From assembly GCA_025453395.1 (NCBI GenBank), contig JALOQK010000002.1, positions 21,625-85,624 on the forward strand: DNA of 64,000 nt. Reading direction: 5' to 3'. The stretch is from Candidatus Omnitrophota bacterium (GTDB lineage: Bacteria > Omnitrophota > Gorgyraeia > Gygaellales > Profunditerraquicolaceae). The notes beneath the pieces were generated by a model. It worked only from the letters and a program-made list of their open reading frames with translations. It was not told the DNA's origin and did no database searches. This document shows, in pieces, positions 1-9,100 of the stretch; position 1 is the first letter of the stretch; every line of letters starts with the position of its first letter. A program made the translations under genes and the position numbers.

Positions 1-1
1 T

Positions 2-490
2 AACTATAGAAGCGGGAAAGAGCCAGTTTTTAGCAAGGTTGATGGTTTGTATCGTGAGATACCCACAAAAGACGCCGAAAGCGTTTTAATCAGCTGGACT
101 TTAAGGATTGAGGGGGCAACGGGTTCTTCGGTTAAGCCCGAACAAGAGTCGCGGCTTTGTAGCGGAGCATGGACTGGGACCGTCATGGAAAGTTTTAAAG
201 GAGGGCAGGTCTATTCTAAGGCTTACGTAGCTTACGGCAATAGCAATGATTATCAGCCTATTGGTCAGGATGCGGCAATGACCGTGCCTGATGGTGGATC
301 GGTAACTGTAACCGCTCCGCCTCCTGTTTTTGACCCCACGCATACAGGAAGCTGTACTTTAAAGGTACCTGAAAATACAGATAAGATTAAGGTCCAGATC
401 TATTGGAAGAATGACACGGCTCTTAATATCACCAGTAAAGCGGACTATCAGGATTTGATGGTCACGGTTTTGCCTAAAGGGCATAAATAG
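2..490 (+). CDS. Hypothetical protein, 5'-truncated by the window edge; paralog of 507..1202
   Basis: Frame is open from position 2 (NYRSGKEPVFSKVDGL...) and aligns by eye with the next gene; C-terminal ~50 aa nearly identical. Confidence 0.8.
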   Translation, partial: NYRSGKEPVFSKVDGLYREIPTKDAESVLISWTLRIEGATGSSVKPEQESRLCSGAWTGTVMESFKGGQVYSKAYVAYGNSNDYQPIGQDAAMTVPDGGSVTVTAPPPVFDPTHTGSCTLKVPENTDKIKVQIYWKNDTALNITSKADYQDLMVTVLPKGHK

Positions 491-1160
491 CGGGGAGGTG
501 TACAATATGAGATTATTGGTTTTGTTAATACTTGCCATATTTTCCTTTTCATCTTTGGTAAAGGCGGCAGAGGAAACTGGCCTTAAGGCTAAGGTAGAGG
601 CTGTTCCGAAGATACTGCAGAAGTCCGGAGCAAGGACTGCTACTTTGAAGGCTTCAAGATGGCCGGATTTCTCTAATTGTAACGGCGAGAGCTCTTGTTG
701 CGATAAACTTAAGGCTATTAAATTTCCAGATAACTATAGAGGCGGGAGAGATCCGGTTTTTAGTAAAGTTGACGGTCTGCATCTTGAAGTGCCCACTAAA
801 AATGCCCAGAGTGTTTTTATAACCTGGACTTTGAGGGTGGAAGGTGCCGGTGAAATAATAAACCCATGGCAGAATATTTGTAGTGCTTGGCATGGCTCGG
901 TTACGGAAAGCTTTAGAGGCGGACAGGTATACTCCAAGGCCTACATAGCTTACGGCAATAGTGATAATTATCAGCCCGTCGGGCAGGATGCGGCAATGAC
1001 TGTGCCAGACGGCGGTTCAGCTGTTTCAAATAATCCGTCTGACCCCACGCATACAGGAAGCTGTACTTTAAAGGTACCTGAAAACACAGATAAGATTAAG
1101 GTCCAGATCTATTGGAAGAATGACACGGCTCTTAATATCACCAGTAAAGCTGACTATCAG
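331..1160 (+). repeat. Direct repeat pair 331..451 and 1040..1160 (121 nt, 2 mismatches)
   Basis: Direct comparison at offset 709; mismatches at 376/1085 and 442/1151. Confidence 0.9.
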
Positions 1161-1202
1161 AACCTGATGGTCACGGTTTTACCTAAGGGTAGAAATGATT
1201 AG
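507..1202 (+). CDS. Secreted hypothetical protein with Cys-containing, probably beta-rich domain
   Basis: Signal-peptide-like MRLLVLLILAIFSFSSLVKA; GGGGAGG upstream (GTG 498 is an alternative start); paralog immediately upstream. Confidence 0.75.
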   Translation: MRLLVLLILAIFSFSSLVKAAEETGLKAKVEAVPKILQKSGARTATLKASRWPDFSNCNGESSCCDKLKAIKFPDNYRGGRDPVFSKVDGLHLEVPTKNAQSVFITWTLRVEGAGEIINPWQNICSAWHGSVTESFRGGQVYSKAYIAYGNSDNYQPVGQDAAMTVPDGGSAVSNNPSDPTHTGSCTLKVPENTDKIKVQIYWKNDTALNITSKADYQNLMVTVLPKGRND

Positions 1203-2058
1203 CAGGCCCGTTAGAGAACCGGGGTTATCCGGTTTAGGGATCAAGGGTTTTACCCTTGTTGAGATCATTGTTTCTCTTATTCTGGTCGGCATAGGATTGT
1301 TTCTCTGCACTAAAATCTTTATCGTATCTAAATATCTGAACAAAGAGGCAGAAAACAAGGCCCGGGCCATGGAATTGGTTTCTGCCTTGATTAATGAACG
1401 CCTAGCGCAGTCTTACTTAAGCCTTTCTGGTGACGCTGTGGATAGCTATGACGGCGGTTTCTTCAACTGTACTACTACTATCAATGAGAAGCAAATGCCT
1501 GCCGGGTCTTCCGGAAAAGACGATATACCATATAAAGAGATAGAAGTTATCTGCGGATACCAGGATAAAAACGCTAACGGCCAATCTACTCCTAGGAGCG
1601 TGCGTTTGGTTAATATTGTGCCGTACCCCCGGATGCATTTTTTTAGCGCGGAAGATTCTCCGGGCGTTTTAGTCAGACAGTTTGCCAATTCTACCGTTGC
1701 TAACAAAGACCTTAACGCCAGGATACTTGAATTTAATTTTGACATAGCCGTAAAAAGCGACTATAGTGTTTTCTATAATATAGCAACTGAGTTTGGCGAT
1801 ATAAGCGCAGTGGCAGATACGGACCTTATTTATTCTGCCTGTCTTCTTATAAATAAAAATACAAAAAAGGAACATTGGGCGGATTTGCAGACAGGCACTC
1901 CCATTCGTACACAACCGACTATTAACAGTGCTGTGACTATTGAGAATATCCCCAAGGGTTCTTATATTTTCAGGTTAATCTGGTGGAAGCAATTTGATCG
2001 GGGAGAAATAAGGGCCAAAAGGGTCAATATGGTCATAGAGCAGGTGGAATCGGAATAA
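1195..2058 (+). CDS. Prepilin-type N-terminal cleavage/methylation protein (minor pilin with extra C-terminal domain)
   Basis: KG|FTLVEIIVSLILVG class III signal peptide. Confidence 0.8.
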   Translation: MISRPVREPGLSGLGIKGFTLVEIIVSLILVGIGLFLCTKIFIVSKYLNKEAENKARAMELVSALINERLAQSYLSLSGDAVDSYDGGFFNCTTTINEKQMPAGSSGKDDIPYKEIEVICGYQDKNANGQSTPRSVRLVNIVPYPRMHFFSAEDSPGVLVRQFANSTVANKDLNARILEFNFDIAVKSDYSVFYNIATEFGDISAVADTDLIYSACLLINKNTKKEHWADLQTGTPIRTQPTINSAVTIENIPKGSYIFRLIWWKQFDRGEIRAKRVNMVIEQVESE

Positions 2059-2067
2059 TACTAATAT

Positions 2068-2646
2068 ATGAATGTGAAAGCGCTGACTTTAATAGAGCTT
2101 ATAATAACACTTATCATTATAAGCATAGTTATGGTTCTTATATCAGCCAGCCTTTTCTTTTTTATCGCCCAATTTCAGAGCAATGTGGAAAGGAGCCAGC
2201 TTTATGCTCAGATGAATTACGCCATGGAAGATGTAAAGATGCGTTGTCCAAGCGCCATAGATCTGGGAAGCTATTTTGACGTTAGATTCCCTTCGGGCGG
2301 TAACAAGGATACAAAAGACAAGCTTATTTTTTGGGGAGAGAAAGACCAGGCAAATGTTACTCCTGACGATAAATCCGATAACCTGTGGTATAAATATTAT
2401 ATTAATCCATCCGGTGACTTTGTGATCAAGGAGTGCGTAAATTCATCTTGCAACGCGGGATCCGAGGATATATTAATTGATAAAGACTTTCAACCTAAAA
2501 TAGAATTCATTTATGAAAAGGATTCCGCGCCGAATTTTCTTAAAGTTTTATTAACTGCCCAGAATAAGAAACCTGCTTTGGGATCTCAGGCCCAGATTGT
2601 AAAAGAAGCAGGTTTGAGATTCTGGTTTATTGACATAGCCAAATGA
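2068..2646 (+). CDS. Minor pilin/pseudopilin (PilW/GspJ-like)
   Basis: KA|LTLIELIITLIIISIV prepilin-like motif. Confidence 0.75.
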   Translation: MNVKALTLIELIITLIIISIVMVLISASLFFFIAQFQSNVERSQLYAQMNYAMEDVKMRCPSAIDLGSYFDVRFPSGGNKDTKDKLIFWGEKDQANVTPDDKSDNLWYKYYINPSGDFVIKECVNSSCNAGSEDILIDKDFQPKIEFIYEKDSAPNFLKVLLTAQNKKPALGSQAQIVKEAGLRFWFIDIAK

Positions 2647-2963
2647 TAGCCATAATATCTTCTGTAATTGTTATAATTAGTTCTATTGTGGTCACGCTTG
2701 TAAGTTTTAATCCTAATTTCCACAGTATGATGGAAAATGATTTCAAGCGTTCCGCGTTTAATAATGCATACCTATATAGCTGGGAGATAGCACAGCTTAA
2801 GGTGCGTTCTGGTCAGCTTACAAACACGAAAACCAAGATTAATGACTTGCCGCTTGGCTATTTAACTAAAAAAGGCGGTACTGAAGTGCAGAAATTCAAG
2901 ACCGATATAACCTTAAAGCCTGCCGATGGATCGCTTACTATCATTGTAGAGGAAGACAATTGA
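2643..2963 (+). CDS. Small membrane-anchored hypothetical protein, possibly PilX-like
   Basis: N-terminal hydrophobic helix; ATGA overlap with upstream pilin gene. Confidence 0.6.
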   Translation: MIAIISSVIVIISSIVVTLVSFNPNFHSMMENDFKRSAFNNAYLYSWEIAQLKVRSGQLTNTKTKINDLPLGYLTKKGGTEVQKFKTDITLKPADGSLTIIVEEDN

Positions 2964-2988
2964 CAAGTCTCGCCTCTTTTCGTATAAT
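2960..2988 (+). promoter_or_regulatory. Sigma70-type promoter
   Basis: TTGACA-17nt-TATAAT, perfect consensus, 8 nt upstream of ATG 2997. Confidence 0.75.
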
Positions 2989-2996
2989 AATTTTTC

Positions 2997-3605
2997 ATGA
3001 GAATAAAAGACTGTAAATCTTTGAGTTTGCTTTTGTTAGGTTTTTTCTTGTTGCCTGCATTGTTAACAGCCCAAGAAGCGCCTCAACGCTCTTTAGAGGC
3101 AATAGAGTTTTTTGCGGGTTACGGCTGGAATCAATTAAAGCCTTTCAAAGCTGGAGAACCAAGAAAAGATTACCGCCAAATCCCTTTATTAGCAGATTTT
3201 GATTTCAATCTTAAGAACTTCACCAAGAAAGTGGGGGTTAATCCTCCCGGTTTACTGCAATTTCAGGTTGAGCCATTTTTTTCTTTTGTTACAAGCCCGG
3301 ATAGAAATATAGAAACCGGCACCTCGTTTTTTATAAAAATCGGGATATTGCCCCAAACTTCCCGTATACAACCTTATATCAAAGCCGGGCCCGGTATGGT
3401 TTATATGACCCAGAATACCGCAGAACAGGGTACGAAATTTAATTTTATTGAAACCGGCGCTGCCGGATTTCATTTTTTCATAAATAAAAACACAGCCTTT
3501 AGCGCGGAATACAGGTTTCGCCATCTCTCCAATGCCGGGATAAAAGAACCTAACGGAGGCATTAATTCCCGTTTTGTCTTAGCCGGCGTAACATACCAAT
3601 ATTAA
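2997..3605 (+). CDS. PagL-like outer-membrane beta-barrel (lipid A 3-O-deacylase/acyloxyacyl hydrolase family)
   Basis: Signal peptide; YRFRHLSNAGIKEPNGGIN motif; C-terminal aromatic YQY. Confidence 0.8.
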   Translation: MRIKDCKSLSLLLLGFFLLPALLTAQEAPQRSLEAIEFFAGYGWNQLKPFKAGEPRKDYRQIPLLADFDFNLKNFTKKVGVNPPGLLQFQVEPFFSFVTSPDRNIETGTSFFIKIGILPQTSRIQPYIKAGPGMVYMTQNTAEQGTKFNFIETGAAGFHFFINKNTAFSAEYRFRHLSNAGIKEPNGGINSRFVLAGVTYQY

Positions 3606-3610
3606 TAATC

Positions 3611-4588
3611 TTGAAGGATATTAAAATGCCTCTTTGTATAGGAAAATTAAAAATTCCTTCGCGGCTTATCTTAGCCCCTATGGCAGGAGTTACAGATTTT
3701 CCTTTTCGTTCTCTTAACCGCAGGTTTGGCTGTGAGTTTGCTTTTGTGGAGATGATCAATGTGCGCTCTTTAAGCCATAAAAGCAAAAAAACCAAATCCA
3801 TGCTTTTTTCGGATAATAAGGATTCGCCTTTGGGAGTGCAGATATTAGGCTGTGAGTCAGAATACATTCTAAAGGGCATGGAGGTTTTGGCTAATTATAA
3901 GTATGATCTATTGGATTTTAATTCTGCCTGCCCCGCAAAAAAGATCGTGCGCAGGCATGAGGGATCGTATCTGATGCGTACCCCAAAGAAATTGGCGAAA
4001 TTGCTAAAGCTTGTGGTTAAAAATTCCAAAGTTCCGGTAACAGTTAAAATCCGTTCCGGATGGGATAAGGATTCTATTAATGCTGCGGATGTAGCGCTTG
4101 CTTGCCAGGACGCAGGGGTGTCGTGTGTTTTTATGCATGGCCGAAGCAGAATGCAGGAGTATTCCGGAAACGTGGATTATAAAATTATTAAACAAACCAA
4201 GAAAGTTTTACAGATTCCGCTAGTAGCAAGCGGAGATATTTTTGACGCAAGGTTAGCTAAAAAGATGTTTGATGAGACCGGATGCGATGGTTTGGCGGTT
4301 GCGCGCGGCGCGTTAGGGAATCCATGGCTATTTAATCAGATAGGCAAATATTTAGATAAAGGGATTTTGATTGATCAGCCCAAGGTAGAGGAAATTAAAA
4401 AGGTTATGCGGGAACACCTTGATGGTTGCGTGAAATTTTACAACGCAAAACCCGCGGTAATAATCTTTCGGAAATTCTTTGTCTGGTATACCAAGGGCCT
4501 GCGTGATATAAGGAAAATCCGGCAGGATGCTATGAGCATAACTTCTCTTGATAAAATGCAGAAAATTATAGATGGGCTTGAAGAATAA
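3611..4588 (+). CDS. dusB: tRNA-dihydrouridine synthase
   Basis: LAPMAGVTD, PVTVKIRSGW, HGR, ARGALGNPW motifs; start may be ATG 3626. Confidence 0.9.
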   Translation: MKDIKMPLCIGKLKIPSRLILAPMAGVTDFPFRSLNRRFGCEFAFVEMINVRSLSHKSKKTKSMLFSDNKDSPLGVQILGCESEYILKGMEVLANYKYDLLDFNSACPAKKIVRRHEGSYLMRTPKKLAKLLKLVVKNSKVPVTVKIRSGWDKDSINAADVALACQDAGVSCVFMHGRSRMQEYSGNVDYKIIKQTKKVLQIPLVASGDIFDARLAKKMFDETGCDGLAVARGALGNPWLFNQIGKYLDKGILIDQPKVEEIKKVMREHLDGCVKFYNAKPAVIIFRKFFVWYTKGLRDIRKIRQDAMSITSLDKMQKIIDGLEE

Positions 4589-4596
4589 AGATATAA

Positions 4597-4690
4597 TATC
4601 AGCTATCAGCTTTCAGCTAAAAGCGTAAAGCTTAAAGCGAAAAACTAAAACTTAAAGCGAAAAATGAAAAGCAAAAACTAAAAGCGAAAA
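4597..4690. repeat. Degenerate heptamer tandem array (TATCAGC grading to NNAAAGC)
   Basis: TATCAGC TATCAGC TTTCAGC TAAAAGC GTAAAGC TTAAAGC GAAAAAC... fills the intergenic space. Confidence 0.85.
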
Positions 4691-4697
4691 AGGAAGA

Positions 4698-5177
4698 ATG
4701 GATATGAAAAAAATAGAATTAATGTTAACGGCATTCATTGCGGCAGGGATTTTCTTGTCTAGCGCGCAGGCTTCGGAAATAAAAGTAGAGGCGCAGGTGG
4801 ATAAGAAAGCAATGACTACGGATGAAGCGCTTACCTACAAAATAAGCGTTTCTTCTTTGGAAAACAAGCTTCCCGAAATAAAGCTTCCTGATTTTGCAGG
4901 CTTCACAGTAATTTCGCAGGCGCAATCAAGCTCATTTAACTTTTCTTCTGGAAAGGCCAATAATAGCGCGGTATTTATATATGTTTTAGCTTGTTTGAAG
5001 GTAGGGAAATTGGAGATCAAACCAGCTTCAGTAAAAATAGGAAAAGATACATTTACCACAGAATCTTTTGTTATAGAAGTAAAGCAAGGTAAGAATCCCT
5101 TAAGATCAAGGCCAGAAAAGCAAGATAATGCTTTGCCGGAAGAATTTACTTCTGACCGCCCGCAATACGCATTATAA
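4698..5177 (+). CDS. BatD-family secreted protein (single domain)
   Basis: Signal peptide; AQVDK...LPDFAGF..ISQAQSSS...GKLEIKPA pattern. Confidence 0.7.
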   Translation: MDMKKIELMLTAFIAAGIFLSSAQASEIKVEAQVDKKAMTTDEALTYKISVSSLENKLPEIKLPDFAGFTVISQAQSSSFNFSSGKANNSAVFIYVLACLKVGKLEIKPASVKIGKDTFTTESFVIEVKQGKNPLRSRPEKQDNALPEEFTSDRPQYAL

Positions 5178-5182
5178 AGCTT

Positions 5183-7321
5183 ATGGAAAATAATCCGCTT
5201 GAGCAGTCTGTCCAGTATCTAAAAGGGGTCGGCCCGGCACGCCTTAAATTGCTGCAGAAAATAGGGGTTAATTCTTTAGAAGACCTTTTGTATTATTTCC
5301 CCCGCCGCTATCAAGACCGCAGGAATTTTATTCCAATAGCAGCTTTAGAGCAAGGCCAAGTTCAGGCAATTAGAGCTAAGATTATTTCTTGTTATCAGCG
5401 CAGTTCTTTTTACCGCCGCGGGTTTAAGATAACTGAAATCGTTGCCGCAGATAAAAGCGGGAAAATTACCTGTGTCTGGTTTAACCAGCCCTACATTAAA
5501 AATTATTTGAAGATCGGCGAGGAAGCTATTTTCTACGGCAGAGTGGGGAGTTTTGGCAAGAAACTGCAGATGCACTCTCCGGAATTTGAAGTCTTATCTG
5601 TTGGCGAAGATGCGCAAGCAAATAGCGACAGCCTTATGCCGGTGTATTCTTTGCCGGATTCTATCACCCAGAGATATTTCCGGGATCTTATAAAATTAGT
5701 GATAGATGCCTATTTGCCAAAGCTGCATGATTTTATTCCTTATAGTATGCGTCAGCGTAATAATTTGTTAAACCTTGCCAAGGCGCTGGTAAGTATTCAT
5801 TTTCCTGCTGATCAAGAGGCGCGGGCCTTAGCCTATCAACGCTTGGCCTTTGATGAATTCCTGTTTTTCCAAATACCGCTGGCTTTAAGAAAACATCGCA
5901 GGAAAGAAGAACAGGGTATCGCCCATAAAACAGAAGGGGGCTTAGTGGATTGTTTCCTGCGCGGGTTAGGTTTTAAGCTAACTTCTTCGCAGGAGCAGGT
6001 TTTAAAAGAGATCAAGAAAGATATGGCCAGCCCTCAAGTTATGCAGCGGCTTTTACAGGGCGATGTTGGTTCAGGCAAGACCGTGGTAGCTACAGCTTCT
6101 TGCCTAATGGCTGTTCAGGGAGGCTTTCAGGCGGCATTTATGGTGCCTACGGAAATCTTGGCGAGACAGCATTATGAGAAAATAAGCTCTCAGCTTTCAG
6201 CTATCAGCCGTCAGCCTTCAGCTATCAGCCGTCAGCCTTCAGCTATCAGCTTTCAGCTAAAAGCAATAAAAGTGGCTTTACTAACTAGTGCGTTGAATAA
6301 GAAAGAAAAAGAGAAAATATATCAAGGCATAAAAAATGGAGCAATAAATTTGGTGATTGGCACGCACGCTTTACTGCAGCAACAGGTTGAATTTAAGAAT
6401 CTGGGGCTGGTGGTTATTGATGAACAGCATAAATTCGGCGTGGGTCAGCGAGCGTTATTGCCGCAAAAAGGAAAAAGCCCGGATATTCTGATCATGACCG
6501 CCACCCCTATCCCGCGGACTTTAGCAATTACCATTTATGGGGATTTGGATGTTTCTGTTATTTCGGAGTTACCTGCGGGCAAGGGCAAGATTAAGACCAT
6601 GAATTTTTCCGTCGGGCAAGAAAAAGCGGCCTATAGTTTGGCTAAAAAAGAGCTTGAGGCAGGCCGTCAGGCGTATATTATTTATCCGGTTATTGAAGAG
6701 TCTTATGCTTTGGATATGGAGGGCGCCAAGAAAAAATACGCGCAATTAAGTTCCGGAGATTTTAAACAATACCGCTTAGGGCTTATCCATGGCAGGCTTG
6801 ATGACAAACAGCAGAATCAATTGATGCAGGATTTCCGGGATAAGAAATTAGACATTCTTGTTTCTACCACTATTCTGGAAGTCGGGATTGATATCCCCAA
6901 TGCTACCTGTATAATCATTGAGAATGCCGAACGTTTTGGCTTGTCGCAGTTACATCAATTGCGGGGGCGGGTAGGAAGAGGCAAAGATGACGCCTATTGT
7001 TTATTGATTGCCAATACTTCTACTGTTGAAGCCAAGGCGCGCATGGAGGCAATGGTAAATTATAGCGATGGTTTTCATATTTCCGAGGAAGATTTAAGAA
7101 TCCGGGGGCCGGGTGAATTCTTCGGCATGCGCCAGCATGGCCTAAGCCAGCTTAAGATCGCCAATCCTCTGACCCAGATGCAGCTTTTAAAGAAGGCGCG
7201 TGATGAGGCACTGCGTTTGATTAATGACGATGCGGGGCTTGTTGCCAAAGACAATGTCTTGATCAGGCAGCGTTTATTCAAGGCCTTTCCGGAATATGAA
7301 AATTTAATACTCACGGGATAA
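5183..7321 (+). CDS. recG: ATP-dependent DNA helicase RecG
   Basis: LLQGDVGSGKT, DEQH, MTATPIPRTL, QLRGRVGRG, DLRIRGPGE. Confidence 0.97.
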   Translation: MENNPLEQSVQYLKGVGPARLKLLQKIGVNSLEDLLYYFPRRYQDRRNFIPIAALEQGQVQAIRAKIISCYQRSSFYRRGFKITEIVAADKSGKITCVWFNQPYIKNYLKIGEEAIFYGRVGSFGKKLQMHSPEFEVLSVGEDAQANSDSLMPVYSLPDSITQRYFRDLIKLVIDAYLPKLHDFIPYSMRQRNNLLNLAKALVSIHFPADQEARALAYQRLAFDEFLFFQIPLALRKHRRKEEQGIAHKTEGGLVDCFLRGLGFKLTSSQEQVLKEIKKDMASPQVMQRLLQGDVGSGKTVVATASCLMAVQGGFQAAFMVPTEILARQHYEKISSQLSAISRQPSAISRQPSAISFQLKAIKVALLTSALNKKEKEKIYQGIKNGAINLVIGTHALLQQQVEFKNLGLVVIDEQHKFGVGQRALLPQKGKSPDILIMTATPIPRTLAITIYGDLDVSVISELPAGKGKIKTMNFSVGQEKAAYSLAKKELEAGRQAYIIYPVIEESYALDMEGAKKKYAQLSSGDFKQYRLGLIHGRLDDKQQNQLMQDFRDKKLDILVSTTILEVGIDIPNATCIIIENAERFGLSQLHQLRGRVGRGKDDAYCLLIANTSTVEAKARMEAMVNYSDGFHISEEDLRIRGPGEFFGMRQHGLSQLKIANPLTQMQLLKKARDEALRLINDDAGLVAKDNVLIRQRLFKAFPEYENLILTG
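6185..6264 (+). repeat. Eleven heptamers (AGCYNTC) in frame inside recG
   Basis: AGCTCTC AGCTTTC AGCTATC AGCCGTC AGCCTTC ... encodes SSQLSAISRQPSAISRQPSAISFQLKA. Confidence 0.92.
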
Positions 7322-7324
7322 CAG

Positions 7325-7879
7325 ATGCGTATTACAAGCGGCATTTACAAGAATCGTAAGCTTAAGATGCCTGCAGGTATTCGTCCGACACAGGAGAAAA
7401 CCCGCAAGGCCATATTTGATATTATGGGCGATATATCGGGCTTGAGGTTTTTGGAGCTTTTTGCCGGGTCAGGGGCGGTAGGTTTTGAGGCTTTGTCGCG
7501 GCAAGTTGAAGAGGTGGTCTTAGTGGAAGATAGCCGCGCCTGCCAAAAGGTGATTCAGGAGGCTATCCGGGATTGGAAAATCCCGAATTGTTCGCTTTTG
7601 CCTTTGCCTGTTCCCAAAGCCATAGAAATACTGGTGAAAAATAACGATAGATTTGATATTATCTTTATGGACCCCCCGTATTACCAGGATTGGGCAAAAA
7701 AAATCTTGCAAAGCCTATCCTCTTGTGATATATTAGCGCCCAATGGTTTTGTGGTTGCCCAGACGCACAAAACAGAGAATCTCCCTGATTGTCAGGGAGG
7801 TTTAATTTTGTTTAAGCGCTCTGTTTATGGAGATACGGTTCTTTGGTTCTATAAAAACAAGTTAAATGAGGTTACATAA
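7325..7879 (+). CDS. rsmD: 16S rRNA m2G966 methyltransferase
   Basis: MRITSG, IRPT, LELFAGSG, DPPY; recG-rsmD-coaD context. Confidence 0.93.
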   Translation: MRITSGIYKNRKLKMPAGIRPTQEKTRKAIFDIMGDISGLRFLELFAGSGAVGFEALSRQVEEVVLVEDSRACQKVIQEAIRDWKIPNCSLLPLPVPKAIEILVKNNDRFDIIFMDPPYYQDWAKKILQSLSSCDILAPNGFVVAQTHKTENLPDCQGGLILFKRSVYGDTVLWFYKNKLNEVT

Positions 7880-7955
7880 GGTTACATGGGGTTAATTGAG
7901 GTTGCCTTTGCAACGTCATGTAACATCATTTAACATCATGCAACTTCAGATAACC
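7861..7955. repeat. Palindromic decamer element (GTTACATGAG)n-GTTGC/GCAAC-(CTCATGTAAC)n
   Basis: Four degenerate decamers, 4-nt centre, four reverse-complement decamers. Confidence 0.88.
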
Positions 7956-7964
7956 TATATTATT

Positions 7965-8456
7965 ATGTGTAAAACAGCGATTTACCCGGGCAGCTTTGAC
8001 CCGGTAACTTATGGCCATATTGATTTAATCAAGAGGGCAAAGGAAGTCTTTCCGGATTTGATAGTGGCCGTAGCCTATAACGCCCATAAAAAGCCTATTT
8101 TTAGCGTTAAAGAGCGAGTTGATATGCTTAAAAAAGCTACCGCTGGAATTGAAGGGGTAGAGATCACTTCCTTTGACGGCCTGGTTGTGGATTTTGCCCG
8201 TAAGCACAAATCCGCTGTGATCATCCGGGGATTGCGCATGATCTCAGATTTTGAATATGAGTTTCAGATGGCTTTGACCAACCGCAAACTTGCCCCTGAT
8301 ATTGAAACGATCTTTCTTATGCCGCAGGAAGCCTATAGTTATGTTTCTTCCCGGCTTTTAAAAGAAGCATCCTCCTTGGGCGCTAATTTAGGCGCGTTTA
8401 TCCCGGATTTCGTGGAAAAGGCCTTGAGGGATAAATTAAGGCTTGGCAAGAAATAA
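7965..8456 (+). CDS. coaD: Phosphopantetheine adenylyltransferase
   Basis: AIYPGSFDPVTYGHIDLI, IRGLR, DFEYE; start moved to ATG 7965 because the upstream extension is repeat DNA. Confidence 0.96.
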   Translation: MCKTAIYPGSFDPVTYGHIDLIKRAKEVFPDLIVAVAYNAHKKPIFSVKERVDMLKKATAGIEGVEITSFDGLVVDFARKHKSAVIIRGLRMISDFEYEFQMALTNRKLAPDIETIFLMPQEAYSYVSSRLLKEASSLGANLGAFIPDFVEKALRDKLRLGKK

Positions 8457-8462
8457 GCCAGA

Positions 8463-8870
8463 ATGAAGATTAACATCCATCAGATCCCGCAAGATGGAAT
8501 ATACATAGAAGAAAAAATCGACCCGCGCCACTGGGAATTAGACGCTGCCCATGTGCGTTTTACGGGTGATGTTCTTTTAAAGGCGCATTTAAACAAAATA
8601 ACCAACGCCATAAGCGCCAAGATCAGCGTTTCCGGGAAAGCGTTAATGACCTGCGGCAGATGCTTAGGCGATTACCGGGTTAGCCTGAATAAAGATTTTC
8701 AGCTGGATTTTCCGGTTGACGAAAAGGAACAGTTTTTAGTTTTAGACGATAAGATACGCGATGAAATAATAATAGATTTTCCCATCAAGCCTTTATGCAA
8801 AGAAAATTGCAAAGGATTGTGCGTTTCCTGCGGCGTAAATTTAAATGAAAACAAATGCAATTGCAGGTGA
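8463..8870 (+). CDS. yceD: YceD/DUF177 family protein
   Basis: CGRCL, PIKPLCKENCKGLCVSCGVNLN; directly upstream of rpmF. Confidence 0.88.
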   Translation: MKINIHQIPQDGIYIEEKIDPRHWELDAAHVRFTGDVLLKAHLNKITNAISAKISVSGKALMTCGRCLGDYRVSLNKDFQLDFPVDEKEQFLVLDDKIRDEIIIDFPIKPLCKENCKGLCVSCGVNLNENKCNCR

Positions 8871-8888
8871 AATTGAAAGGAGCAAAAG

Positions 8889-9092
8889 GTGCCATTACCC
8901 AAAAGGAGACATTCCAAGACGCGCGGCAGAAAACGCCGTACGAATTGGAAGATAGCTAAAGCCAATCTTATTCTGTGCCCTCAATGTAAAAGCCTGAGAG
9001 TTCCTCATCGTGTTTGCGCGGTTTGCGGGTATTATGCCGGCAACAAGGTTCTGGAAATCAAGGTTAAAGAGAAGAAAAACAAAAAAGCCTAA
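8889..9092 (+). CDS. rpmF: 50S ribosomal protein L32
   Basis: PLPKRRHSKTR, CPQC...PHRVCAVCGYY. Confidence 0.96.
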   Translation: MPLPKRRHSKTRGRKRRTNWKIAKANLILCPQCKSLRVPHRVCAVCGYYAGNKVLEIKVKEKKNKKA

Positions 9093-9100
9093 GATAAACC

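Noticed and set aside
331-1160. DGR template/variable repeat pair, given the Avd-like gene
   Set aside because: Both copies are coding, the two mismatches (T/C, G/T) are not adenine-specific, and no reverse transcriptase is in the window.
7896-7964. N-terminal extension of CoaD in the ORF track
   Set aside because: It is translated repeat DNA; homology begins at ATG 7965.
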